DNA of 64,000 nt from an uncultured Alphaproteobacteria bacterium (GCA_964422765.1 CAYRCI010000001.1:35026-99025); one strand, 5' to 3'. Counted from the stretch's first letter, positions 29,168-38,317 are shown. Program-made: numbers and translations. Notes: generated from the letters alone by a model not told the origin.

Positions 29168-30691
29168 ATGGAAATGGATGTTTTTCACTTATTATTAGAC
29201 GGAATATTTACTGCTTTTCAACCTCTTAACTTAGGGCTTTTAATATTTGGTTGTTTGGTCGGTTTATTTGTAGGCGCAATGCCTGGCCTAGGATCAGTTA
29301 ACGGTGTTGCAATTTTAATTCCGATTACTTTTATTGTACCACCTACTGCGGCTATTATTTTCCTAGCTGCTGTTTATTATGGCGCTATGTATGGCGGCGC
29401 TATCAGCTCCGTTATGTTAGGTATACCCGGCGCATCTACTGCTGTCGCCACGGTTTTTGATGGTAGACCTCTTGCTGTAAAAGGTGAGGCTATGACAGCG
29501 TTGACTGCTGCTGCTGTGGGTTCTTTTGTCGGCGGTACTGTATCTGTTGTTTTATTTACTCTATTTGCCCCTCCACTTGCTGAAGTGGCATTGCGTTTTA
29601 ATGCGCCCGAGACTTTCGCATTGATGGTGATGGCATTCGCAACCTTTGTAGGTTTAGGGGGCGATGATATCCCAAAAACTATTTTTTCTATCTTGATTGG
29701 TCTTGTTTTATCTACTATTGGATTAGATTTAATCACTGGAAAGCCTCGATTAATTTTCTTTGGTTTGCCAGGTTTCTTGCACGGGATTAATTTCTTGGTA
29801 TTGGCTATTGGTATCTATGGTATCGGAGAAATGCTTTGGACTTTAGAAGAAACCAAGGGAAAAGTTCAAATGTCTAAACTGTCTGTCAACATGGCAGAAA
29901 TGTTTAAAGCACTTAGAGCCTTAAAGAAAACTTTCATGGCTATGAACATTGGTTCTTTTTTAGGATTTTTTGTCGGTATTTTACCTGCTGCGGGTGCCAC
30001 TCCAGCATCCTTAATGGCGTATGGTATTACAAAACAATTATCTAAAAATTCTAAGGATTTTGGCCAAGGTGTTCCTGCGGGTGTTGTTGCGCCAGAATGT
30101 GCAAATAACTCCGCTAGTACTGGAAGTATGTTGCCTATGCTTACCCTTGGTATTCCTGGTTCTCCAACGACTGCTATCCTTTTAGGGGGAATGATCCTGT
30201 GGGGATTAACTCCAGGACCATTACTTTTCACCCAAGAACCAGAATTTGTTTGGGGTCTTATTGGCAGTTTATACATTGCTAATTTCTTTACTCTTATTTT
30301 AAATATTGCGCTTATTCCTGCTTTCTTGATGGTATTGAGAATACCTTTTGCAATTTTAGCTCCAGTAATTTTTGTACTTTGTGTGACAGGGGGCTATGCA
30401 CCAACCCAAAGTATTCATGATGTCTGGTTAATGCTTTTATTTGGTTTCTTTGGTTACATCTTAAGAAAACTTGATTATCCAGTTGCTCCAGCTGTTTTAT
30501 CAATCGTTTTAGGACCACTTGCGGAAAATGCTTTAAGGCAATCTCTAATTCTTTCAGATGGCAGTATGGGAATATTTTTCGACTTCTCATTAAAACCCAT
30601 TGCTGCTGTTATCATGTATATTGCTATTGTATTGATATTAATGCCGGCTTTTGGACCAATTTATAGAAAGTTTTTTAAGAAAACTTCCTAA
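29168..30691 (+). CDS. tctA: Tripartite tricarboxylate transporter large permease (TctA)
   Basis: A 507-aa polytopic protein with TctA-family motifs (GAMPGLGSVNGVAILIPITF, YGGAISSVMLGIPG, LPAAGATPASLMAYG). Confidence 0.9.
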   Translation: MEMDVFHLLLDGIFTAFQPLNLGLLIFGCLVGLFVGAMPGLGSVNGVAILIPITFIVPPTAAIIFLAAVYYGAMYGGAISSVMLGIPGASTAVATVFDGRPLAVKGEAMTALTAAAVGSFVGGTVSVVLFTLFAPPLAEVALRFNAPETFALMVMAFATFVGLGGDDIPKTIFSILIGLVLSTIGLDLITGKPRLIFFGLPGFLHGINFLVLAIGIYGIGEMLWTLEETKGKVQMSKLSVNMAEMFKALRALKKTFMAMNIGSFLGFFVGILPAAGATPASLMAYGITKQLSKNSKDFGQGVPAGVVAPECANNSASTGSMLPMLTLGIPGSPTTAILLGGMILWGLTPGPLLFTQEPEFVWGLIGSLYIANFFTLILNIALIPAFLMVLRIPFAILAPVIFVLCVTGGYAPTQSIHDVWLMLLFGFFGYILRKLDYPVAPAVLSIVLGPLAENALRQSLILSDGSMGIFFDFSLKPIAAVIMYIAIVLILMPAFGPIYRKFFKKTS

Positions 30692-30719
30692 TCAAAAATT
30701 AATGATGGGGTCGATATAA

Positions 30720-31379
30720 ATGATCTTAAAAATCGGCCCTGTAAATCTCAAAAGTAAAGTTTACGACACTCTTAAGAAATATATTTTATCTTTAAATATT
30801 TATCTTAAAGAAAATGATTTTCATCTTGATGAAAGACAGCTATCTGAAAAGTTAGGTGTTAGTAGAACTCCAATACGTGAGGCTATTGCAAGATTAGAAC
30901 AAGAAGGAATTGTTAAAACAGTTCCAAGAAGAGGCGTATTTGTTCACCGAAAAACAAAAAAAGAATTAATTGATATAGTAACTGTATGGGCAGGGCTTGA
31001 AGGGTATGCAGCACATTTGGTTATTGAACATTCTTCCAAAGAAGAAATTGAAGAATTAAATAAATTCTGTCACTACACTAAAAGTAATGTTTTATCTGAT
31101 CTGGAAAACTACTCTGCAGATAATATTAAATTTCATCAACAAATAATGAAATTAACAAAAGTAAAACTGATGGGTGAAATTTTAGAATCCCAACTCATAC
31201 ACCTTCAATTTTTAAGAAAAAAATTCATTTTTTTCTCTGAAAGAGCGGTCCAATCAATTGATGAACATACTGAAATTATAGCCGCACTATCTTCTGGCAA
31301 AGCATCAAGAGCTGAAAAACTCCTTAAAAATCACGCTTTAACCCTTGTGGATAGAATACACGAGAACATCAAAAACTAA
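30720..31379 (+). CDS. GntR-family transcriptional regulator (FadR/FCD subfamily)
   Basis: N-terminal winged HTH (LDERQLSEKLGVSRTPIREAIARLEQEGIV) and an all-helical C-terminal FCD-type domain (...HTEIIAAL..G....AEKLLKNH). Confidence 0.87.
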   Translation: MILKIGPVNLKSKVYDTLKKYILSLNIYLKENDFHLDERQLSEKLGVSRTPIREAIARLEQEGIVKTVPRRGVFVHRKTKKELIDIVTVWAGLEGYAAHLVIEHSSKEEIEELNKFCHYTKSNVLSDLENYSADNIKFHQQIMKLTKVKLMGEILESQLIHLQFLRKKFIFFSERAVQSIDEHTEIIAALSSGKASRAEKLLKNHALTLVDRIHENIKN

Positions 31380-31408
31380 CCCGAAAATCTTTGCATCGTA
31401 TTTTATTC

Positions 31409-31425
31409 TGGTATACATTATACCA
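31409..31425. promoter_or_regulatory. Candidate GntR operator: perfect 17-bp palindrome TGGTATA-CAT-TATACCA
   Basis: Read directly from the sequence. It lies about 30 nt after the GntR stop and ends 17 nt before the ATG at 31443, just upstream of the RBS ggagagg. It contains the GT..AC core typical of GntR operators. A second copy sits at 27451. Confidence 0.55.
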
Positions 31426-31442
31426 CCACGGAGAGGTAAATT

Positions 31443-33119
31443 ATGACTACAGGATCAAATGAACAAATGATTACTGGCGGTGAGCTAGTAGCAAAAGCTC
31501 TCAAAGCAGAGGGTATTGAAGTTATTTATACACTATGTGGCGGCCATATTATTGATATTTACAACGGCTGCTTAAATGAAGGAATTAAAATTATAGACGT
31601 GCGCCATGAAGAAGTAGCATCACATGCTGCAGATGGTTATGCACGTATGACAGGTAAACCTGGGTGTGCAGTTGTTACTGCAGGACCAGGAACAACACAT
31701 GCCATTACAGGTGTTGCAAATGCATTTAGAGCTGAAATCCCAATGCTTTTAATTGGTGGTCAGAGTTCATTAACACAACATAAAATGGGTTCTTTACAAG
31801 ACTTACCACACGTTGACATGATGCAACCAATAACAAAATTCGCCGCAACAGTAATGTCAACGGAGCGTTGTGCTGATATGGTTTCAATGGCTTTTAGAGA
31901 AACAAGAAATGGTTCTTATGGCCCATCTTTCCTAGAAATTCCTAGAGATATTTTAGACTCATCAATTCCATTAAGTAAAGCTGTGATCCCAGCTGCAGGA
32001 AAATACAGTGCCTCTTCTAAAACTCTCGCTGATCCAGTGGATGTTCAAAAAGCTGCTGACATTATTTCTAAGTCTGAAAGACCTTGTGTTCTATTAGGTC
32101 AACAGGTTTGGACATGCCAGTCAACAAATGAAGCAGTTGAGTTTGTAAGAAATCTTAATATCCCTGCTTATTTAAATGGAGCTGCTCGTGGCTCACTTGC
32201 ACCAGGAGATCCTCATCATTTTCATAGAACGAGAAGAAATGCATTCACTAAGTCAGACTGCATTATAATTGTTGGTACTCCATTTGACTTCAGAATGGGT
32301 TATGGAAAAAGATTAAACCCAAATGCAACTGTTATCCAAATCGATATGGACTACAGAACAGTTGGAAAAAATAGAGATATTTCTCTAGGTTTAGTCGGTC
32401 ATATTGGAACTACATTAAAAGCAATTTCTGAAGCTGGTACCAAAAAAGATAGATCAGATTGGTTTAACGAATTAAGAGCGGGCGAAGAGTCAGCTCTGGA
32501 AAAGCTTATGCCAACCTTTACTACTGACAAATCTCCAATTAGCCCTTACAGAGTTGCATGGGAGTTAAATCAGTTTTTAAATGATGACACAATTTATATT
32601 GGTGATGGTGGTGACGTAGTTACGATCAGTGCACAGGCAGTTCAACCTAGACAACCTGGTGCTTGGATGGATCCAGGTCCTCTAGGAACACTTGGTGTGG
32701 GTGTACCCTATGCTTTAGCTGCAAAAATTGCTGCTCCTGAGAGAGAAGTTCTTCTCTATTGTGGTGATGGTGCGTTTTCAATGACAGGTATGGACTTTGA
32801 AGCTTTTGTCAGACACAAAGCTCCTGTTTTAACGGTCATTGGTAATAACTCAGCTCAAAACCAAATCCGTTTTGGTCAGATTATGAAATACGGTGAAGAA
32901 AAAGGTAATATCGGAAACATCCTTGGCGATGTGAACTTTGATGAGTTTGCAAAAGTATTGGGTGGTCACGGTGAGAGCGTTCGCGAAGCAAAGGACATTC
33001 AACCTGCACTTCAAAGAGCAAGAGAAGCGGTTAAAGCTGGAACTCCTGCATTGGTTAATATTTGGGTAGACAAAGAAGAGTTTGCACCAGGTACTAAAAA
33101 CCAAACTATGTATAAATAA
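31443..33119 (+). CDS. Thiamine-diphosphate-dependent decarboxylase of the ALS/POX/Oxc superfamily; putative oxalyl-CoA decarboxylase by context
   Basis: Three-domain ThDP enzyme with the GDG...NN ThDP motif (YCGDGAFSMTGMDFEAFVRHKAPVLTVIGNNS). It lies 22 nt upstream of a clear frc. The N-terminus looks more ALS-like than canonical Oxc, so the substrate call is contextual. The superfamily call alone would be about 0.9. Confidence 0.6.
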   Translation: MTTGSNEQMITGGELVAKALKAEGIEVIYTLCGGHIIDIYNGCLNEGIKIIDVRHEEVASHAADGYARMTGKPGCAVVTAGPGTTHAITGVANAFRAEIPMLLIGGQSSLTQHKMGSLQDLPHVDMMQPITKFAATVMSTERCADMVSMAFRETRNGSYGPSFLEIPRDILDSSIPLSKAVIPAAGKYSASSKTLADPVDVQKAADIISKSERPCVLLGQQVWTCQSTNEAVEFVRNLNIPAYLNGAARGSLAPGDPHHFHRTRRNAFTKSDCIIIVGTPFDFRMGYGKRLNPNATVIQIDMDYRTVGKNRDISLGLVGHIGTTLKAISEAGTKKDRSDWFNELRAGEESALEKLMPTFTTDKSPISPYRVAWELNQFLNDDTIYIGDGGDVVTISAQAVQPRQPGAWMDPGPLGTLGVGVPYALAAKIAAPEREVLLYCGDGAFSMTGMDFEAFVRHKAPVLTVIGNNSAQNQIRFGQIMKYGEEKGNIGNILGDVNFDEFAKVLGGHGESVREAKDIQPALQRAREAVKAGTPALVNIWVDKEEFAPGTKNQTMYK

Positions 33120-33141
33120 TCTAGGAAAGGTTTAAATATAT

Positions 33142-34389
33142 ATGGAAGCTCTTAAAGGAATAAAAGTATTGGACATGACGCATGTTCAATCAGGACCGAC
33201 ATGTACTCAGCTTTTAGCTTGGTTTGGAGCTGATGTTGTTAAAGTTGAAAGACCAGGAGTAGGTGATGCTACTCGTGCTCAGCTAAGGGATATCCCTGAT
33301 GCTGACAGTCTTTACTTTACAATGTTAAATTCAAACAAAAGAAGTATTACTCTTAATCCTAAAAATCCTGAGGGAGCAAAAATATTTACTAAATTAATTC
33401 AAGAATGTGATGTCATGGTTGAAAACTTTGCTCCTGGCGCATTAGATCGTATGGGTTTCTCTTGGGAAAAAATCCAAGAAATTAATCCTCGAATGATTTA
33501 TGCATCAGTCAAGGGATTTGGACCAGGTAAATATGAAGAATGTAAAGTATATGAGAACGTCGCCCAGTGTGCTGGTGGTTCAGCATCTACCACGGGTATG
33601 CTTGGAGATATTCCTATGGTCACCGGCGCTCAAATTGGCGATAGCGGAACCGGCCTTCATTTAGCTTTAGGTATTGTGACCGCACTATTTCATAGAGAAA
33701 AATCCGGCAAAGGACAAAGAGTATCTGCAGCAATGCAAGATGGCGTTTTAAATCTTTGTAGAGTAAAACTAAGAGACCAGCAGAGACTTGCTCACGGTCC
33801 TTTAAAGGAGTACTCACAGTTTGGTGAAAACATTCCTTTTGGAGACTCAACACCAAGAGCTGGAAACGACTCAGGTGGCGGTCAGCCTGGAAAAATTCTT
33901 AAATGTAAAGGTTGGGAGACTGATCCTAATGCTTATACTTATTTTATTACTCAAGCGGCAGTTTGGGAAAAAGTATGCGATGTAATTGGTAAGCCAGAGT
34001 GGAAAGAAGATGAAAATTATGCAACTCCAAATGCTAGACTTCCCAGATTGAACGAGATCTTCAGTACTATTGAACAGTGGACTATGACTAAAACAAAATT
34101 CGAAGTTATGGATATTTGTAACCCTCTAGACATTCCAGTCGGGCCAATTCTATCATTAAAAGAAATCGCAGAAGATGAGGGATTAAGGCAAACAGGAACT
34201 ATTGTTGAAGTAGATCATCCTGTTAGAGGGAAGTATTTAACAGTGGGCAATCCAATAAAATTATCCGATTCTCCTGCAGTAGTAAAAAGATCACCCTTAT
34301 TAGGAGAACATACTGATGAAATCCTAAAAGAGTTTTGTAATTATAATGATGACGAAATTAAAGCCGTCAAAGAAGCGGGTGCTGTATAA
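33142..34389 (+). CDS. frc: Formyl-CoA:oxalate CoA-transferase (class III CoA-transferase)
   Basis: Extended matches to Frc as I recall it: [112 protein letters not shown]. Confidence 0.93.
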   Translation: MEALKGIKVLDMTHVQSGPTCTQLLAWFGADVVKVERPGVGDATRAQLRDIPDADSLYFTMLNSNKRSITLNPKNPEGAKIFTKLIQECDVMVENFAPGALDRMGFSWEKIQEINPRMIYASVKGFGPGKYEECKVYENVAQCAGGSASTTGMLGDIPMVTGAQIGDSGTGLHLALGIVTALFHREKSGKGQRVSAAMQDGVLNLCRVKLRDQQRLAHGPLKEYSQFGENIPFGDSTPRAGNDSGGGQPGKILKCKGWETDPNAYTYFITQAAVWEKVCDVIGKPEWKEDENYATPNARLPRLNEIFSTIEQWTMTKTKFEVMDICNPLDIPVGPILSLKEIAEDEGLRQTGTIVEVDHPVRGKYLTVGNPIKLSDSPAVVKRSPLLGEHTDEILKEFCNYNDDEIKAVKEAGAV

Positions 34390-34414
34390 GCGCCAATTAT
34401 TTTAAGGAGATACA

Positions 34415-35335
34415 ATGAAAATAATTTTAATGGGACAACAAGCTTTTGGAAAAAGCACATTAGAAAAATTCCACACAGGTACAGACCATGAAGTTGTAGC
34501 TGTATACTGTGCCCCTGATAAAGAAGGCAAACCAGTTGATCCAGTCAAAGAATATGCTCAAAGCGTAGGACTTCCAGTATATCAACCTTCCAATTTCAAA
34601 GATAAAGAAGTTTTAGATCAAATAAGATCTCATGATGCCGATTTATGTGTAATGGCTTATGTAATTATTTTTGTTCCAGAAGAGGCAAGAGATATTCCAA
34701 AGCATGGATCTATTTGCTTTCACCCTTCTTTACTCCCCTTACACAGAGGACCAAGCTCTATTAACTGGCCAATTATTTGGGGATCAACTAAAACTGGTCT
34801 TACAATTTTCTACCCTAACGATGGATTAGATGAAGGGGAAGTATTGCTTCAAAAAGAAGTAGAAATTGGACCTGATGAAACTTTAGGCGATGTTTATTTC
34901 AATAAAATCTTCCCTCTTGGTGTGGATGCTTGTATTGAAGCTGCCGATCTAATTGCAGCTGGAAATGCACCTCGAGTTGCTCAAGACGAGTCTAAAGCAA
35001 CTTACGAGTCATGGTGTAAAAAAGCAGATGCTAAAATTGATTGGAAAAAGCCAGGAAAAGAAGTTTATAACCTGATCAGAGGCTGTAACCCACAACCAGG
35101 CGCATGGGCAGAGTTTTTAGGCGATGAATTCGTATTTTTAGACACAAAATTTGTTGAAGAACAAAGTGCAGAACATTTTCCTGGACAGATCATCTCAATT
35201 AACGCTGAGAACGTAAGAATAGCGGTAAAAGGTGGATTTATTGAGGTTTCTCGTTTTAAAACAAAAGACCAAGGTAAAACCTGGGTAAAAGATATGAATA
35301 CAGCAGTTATTACAGAGGGGGACTTATTTAGTTAA
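34415..35335 (+). CDS. Formyltransferase-fold protein, a stand-alone homologue of the N-terminal (hydrolase) domain of 10-formyltetrahydrofolate dehydrogenase / Fmt family
   Basis: MKIILMGQQAFG..., the catalytic-site pattern HGSICFHPSLLPLHRGPSSINWPIIWG, the Asp in NDGLDEGEVLLQKE, and an Fmt-type C-terminal subdomain (IDWKKPGKEVYNLIRGCNPQPGAWAEF). There is no ALDH domain. Confidence 0.8.
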   Translation: MKIILMGQQAFGKSTLEKFHTGTDHEVVAVYCAPDKEGKPVDPVKEYAQSVGLPVYQPSNFKDKEVLDQIRSHDADLCVMAYVIIFVPEEARDIPKHGSICFHPSLLPLHRGPSSINWPIIWGSTKTGLTIFYPNDGLDEGEVLLQKEVEIGPDETLGDVYFNKIFPLGVDACIEAADLIAAGNAPRVAQDESKATYESWCKKADAKIDWKKPGKEVYNLIRGCNPQPGAWAEFLGDEFVFLDTKFVEEQSAEHFPGQIISINAENVRIAVKGGFIEVSRFKTKDQGKTWVKDMNTAVITEGDLFS

Positions 35336-35341
35336 AATATT

Positions 35342-36652
35342 ATGGCAGCAGAATTATCAGTTGATTTAACGACTACTACAGTTGGAATTTTAAGTTTAGT
35401 CACATTTGTAGTTGCATATGGATTTGTGATGGCAGAAGAGGTTACTCATCTTAGAAAGTCAAAACCAGTTATATTATCTGCTGGAATTATATGGGCACTT
35501 ATTGCCTCTGTTTATATCGGCGATAAAGAAATGGCACATGCTGTTGAACAAGCACTTCGCCATGGAATTTTAGAATACGCTGAGCTATTTTTATTTCTCT
35601 TAGTCGCAATGACTTATATAAATGCCTTAGACAATAGGGATGTTTTCAATGCCCTTCGATCTTATTTGACAAGTAAAGGTTTTAGTTACAAACAGTTATT
35701 TTGGATAACGGGTGTAATAGCATTTTTTTTATCACCAATCGCAGATAATCTTACAACAGCACTAGTGCTTTGTGCTGTTTTATTGGCAGTCGGTAAAGAT
35801 AATAAAAAATTCATTTTAATTGGTTGTATTAATATTGTCAGTGCAGCTAATGCAGGTGGGGCCTTTTCACCTTTTGGCGATATCACAACTTTGATGGTTT
35901 GGCAAAAAGGCCATTTAACCTTTTTTGAGTTTTTTGCAATTTTCATTCCATCGGTAGTTAATTACATTATACCAGCTGTGATTATGAGTTTTGCTGTACC
36001 AAATGAAAAACCTAAATCGTCAGGGGAGTTAATAACAATGAAAAGAGGAGCTAAGCGCGTAATGGTTTTATTCTTATGCACTATTGTTACCGCTGTTAGT
36101 TTCCACAACTTTTTAACTTTACCTCCAATGATGGGTATGATGCTGGGATTTGGATATCTCTCACTATTAGGTTTTTATTTAAAGAAAACTCACGGCAGTC
36201 ATAAAAACGATGGAGATTTGAAATTTGATATATTGAGAAAAGTATCTAAAGCTGAGTGGGACACCTTACTATTCTTCTTTGGCGTTATCCTTAGTGTTGG
36301 TGGACTAGGTTTTATTGGGTATCTGACTCAAATTAATGTTTTTATGTATGGCGAATTAGGTGCTACTTGGGCTAACGTTATGGTTGGAATACTATCTGCC
36401 ATAGTTGATAATATTCCAGTAATGTTTGCAGTTCTTACAATGAACCCTCCGATGGGTCCTGAACAATGGGAGTTAATTACTTTAACCGCAGGTGTTGGTG
36501 GAAGTATGTTATCTATTGGTTCTGCTGCAGGTGTTGCGCTTATGGGGCAGGCAAGAGGTATGTACACATTCTTTGGCCATTTGAAGTGGACACCCGTGCT
36601 TGCACTGGGTTATGCAGCAAGTATTTATGCTCAAATTTTAATTAATTTTTAA
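35342..36652 (+). CDS. nhaD: Na+/H+ antiporter, NhaD/ArsB-superfamily
   Basis: A 436-aa polytopic protein with FLSPIADNLTTALV and AANAGGAFSPFGDITTLMVW motifs, as in NhaD. It starts 6 nt after the formyltransferase gene. Confidence 0.72.
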   Translation: MAAELSVDLTTTTVGILSLVTFVVAYGFVMAEEVTHLRKSKPVILSAGIIWALIASVYIGDKEMAHAVEQALRHGILEYAELFLFLLVAMTYINALDNRDVFNALRSYLTSKGFSYKQLFWITGVIAFFLSPIADNLTTALVLCAVLLAVGKDNKKFILIGCINIVSAANAGGAFSPFGDITTLMVWQKGHLTFFEFFAIFIPSVVNYIIPAVIMSFAVPNEKPKSSGELITMKRGAKRVMVLFLCTIVTAVSFHNFLTLPPMMGMMLGFGYLSLLGFYLKKTHGSHKNDGDLKFDILRKVSKAEWDTLLFFFGVILSVGGLGFIGYLTQINVFMYGELGATWANVMVGILSAIVDNIPVMFAVLTMNPPMGPEQWELITLTAGVGGSMLSIGSAAGVALMGQARGMYTFFGHLKWTPVLALGYAASIYAQILINF

Positions 36653-36932
36653 TCTTAGAGTATTCAAGCTTTATTGCTTCCTGGATAAAGATTTGCCAGA
36701 TACGTACAACTATTTCTGAGTCAATCTTTTCTTTTTTAGCTTTAGCTTTAACTGTATTCAGAATATGGGTGATACGCTCGTGATCAATGATCTGATCTTG
36801 ACCTTTCTTTAGTTTTGCAACTTTATGAATTTCTTTAAATCGTTTGCCTATTAAGTTAATAATTTGACTATCAATATTATCAATATTTTTTCTTACATCT
36901 TTTAATTGATCTAAGTTATCTTTTTTCTTCAT
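36642..36932 (-). CDS. Chorismate mutase (AroQ class, monofunctional)
   Basis: A 96-aa all-helical protein. LKDVRKNIDNIDSQIINLIGKRFKEIHKVAKLK matches the CM_2 N-terminal helix pattern (R..ID.iD..i..Ll..R). It overlaps the nhaD 3' end by 11 nt (convergent). Confidence 0.7.
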   Translation of the reverse strand: MKKKDNLDQLKDVRKNIDNIDSQIINLIGKRFKEIHKVAKLKKGQDQIIDHERITHILNTVKAKAKKEKIDSEIVVRIWQIFIQEAIKLEYSKIKN

Positions 36933-36963
36933 AATGATATAATTAATACATTAGAAAAAAAAA

Positions 36964-37515
36964 ATGGAAATAAAAAACTCTCAACATAAAGTTGCCATAT
37001 TCTGCGGGTCTATGTTTGGTTCTAAAAAAGAATTTAAAGATCTTGCTATCAAAGTTACAGATTATTTAACTAAAAAAAATTATGACATTGTTTATGGGGG
37101 AGGGGAAAATGGCCTCATGGGCGTTGTCGCAAATACAGCTTTAAAAAATAAGGCCCACGTTACAGGAATAATTCCTCAATTTTTGGAACACCGCGAAACA
37201 ATTCATCGAAAAATTGATAATTTAATTATAACTAAAACCATGGAACAACGAAAAAAACATTTTCTTTCAATATCGGATAGTTTCATCGCAATTCCTGGCG
37301 GAGGTGGCACAATAGAAGAAATTAGTCTTGTAATAAGCGCACTACAGTTAGGCATTATTAAAAATAAAAAATTTGTGATCTTTAATTATAAAAATTATTG
37401 GACTGATATCATCAATCAATATCAAAAAGTTGTGAATAATGGCTTTGCCTATAAAAATTTTTCATCATTATTTATTGTGTGCAATACGCTAAAAGACTTA
37501 AAAGCAGTTTATTGA
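36964..37515 (+). CDS. LOG-family (TIGR00730) nucleotide phosphoribohydrolase-like protein
   Basis: VYGGGENGLMG and PGGGGTIEE motifs are diagnostic of the LOG/lysine-decarboxylase-like family. Confidence 0.8.
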   Translation: MEIKNSQHKVAIFCGSMFGSKKEFKDLAIKVTDYLTKKNYDIVYGGGENGLMGVVANTALKNKAHVTGIIPQFLEHRETIHRKIDNLIITKTMEQRKKHFLSISDSFIAIPGGGGTIEEISLVISALQLGIIKNKKFVIFNYKNYWTDIINQYQKVVNNGFAYKNFSSLFIVCNTLKDLKAVY

Positions 37516-37518
37516 TCT

Positions 37519-38295
37519 TTATATAGTTTTAAGCCAGTTACTCAGTTCTGTTTTTCTCAATTGGTTCGAATGAATAGATTGACTGTAACTATTTTTATTT
37601 GGTTTCTTAAAATCTTTAATTAATTGTTCAATTTGATTTTTCGTAAAACATCCCTCATTTAAAAGTATTTTTTTACGGGCATTTAGTATTTGGCCAGTAT
37701 ATTTAAAATTAAATTCAGGATGGTATTGTGTTCCCCAAAAGTATTTAGTGACTAATGATTGGATTGAATAATAGTTGTCTGATAACACTACCGAACCTTT
37801 AGGTAAAGTTGTTACATGATCCACATGAGAGGCAAAAGCATCAAAAATTGTTGGCTTACCTTTGTACATTTCGTGGCTTTGGCCTTTATTATTTAGGGCG
37901 ATATTATAGGCAATACCAATTTCTCTGCCCTTTGAATTTTTACTAACTGCCCCACCGTTGGCCACTGAATACAACTGCATACCCCAGCAACTTCCAAACA
38001 TTTTGACATTTAAGTTAGAGAGTTTTTTCATCAAACTAATTTGATTTCTTATTTCCTTAGTATTGTCATACATGTTCAAGCTTGAACCAGTCCAGACGAT
38101 ACCATTGAATGATTTGAAAAAGCTATCATCATATGTTTTATCCAAATTCATCGAGGGATAAATAAAGGTTGTTTTTAATCCAGGTTTAATTTCTTTTAGT
38201 TGATCTCTGTAAAATTCACATATGGGTTGAAGCTTGTGTTTAGCAAGTTTAGACCAGCCATTTTTATCGTATCCATTAATTATTAGTAAATGCAT
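37519..38295 (-). CDS. Class I glutamine amidotransferase-like protein
   Basis: Nucleophile elbow GSCWGMQL and a downstream QYHPEF (His-Glu of the triad). No synthase domain is attached. Confidence 0.7.
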   Translation of the reverse strand: MHLLIINGYDKNGWSKLAKHKLQPICEFYRDQLKEIKPGLKTTFIYPSMNLDKTYDDSFFKSFNGIVWTGSSLNMYDNTKEIRNQISLMKKLSNLNVKMFGSCWGMQLYSVANGGAVSKNSKGREIGIAYNIALNNKGQSHEMYKGKPTIFDAFASHVDHVTTLPKGSVVLSDNYYSIQSLVTKYFWGTQYHPEFNFKYTGQILNARKKILLNEGCFTKNQIEQLIKDFKKPNKNSYSQSIHSNQLRKTELSNWLKTI

Positions 38296-38317
38296 GCATA
38301 TTTAATATATTGAGTTC

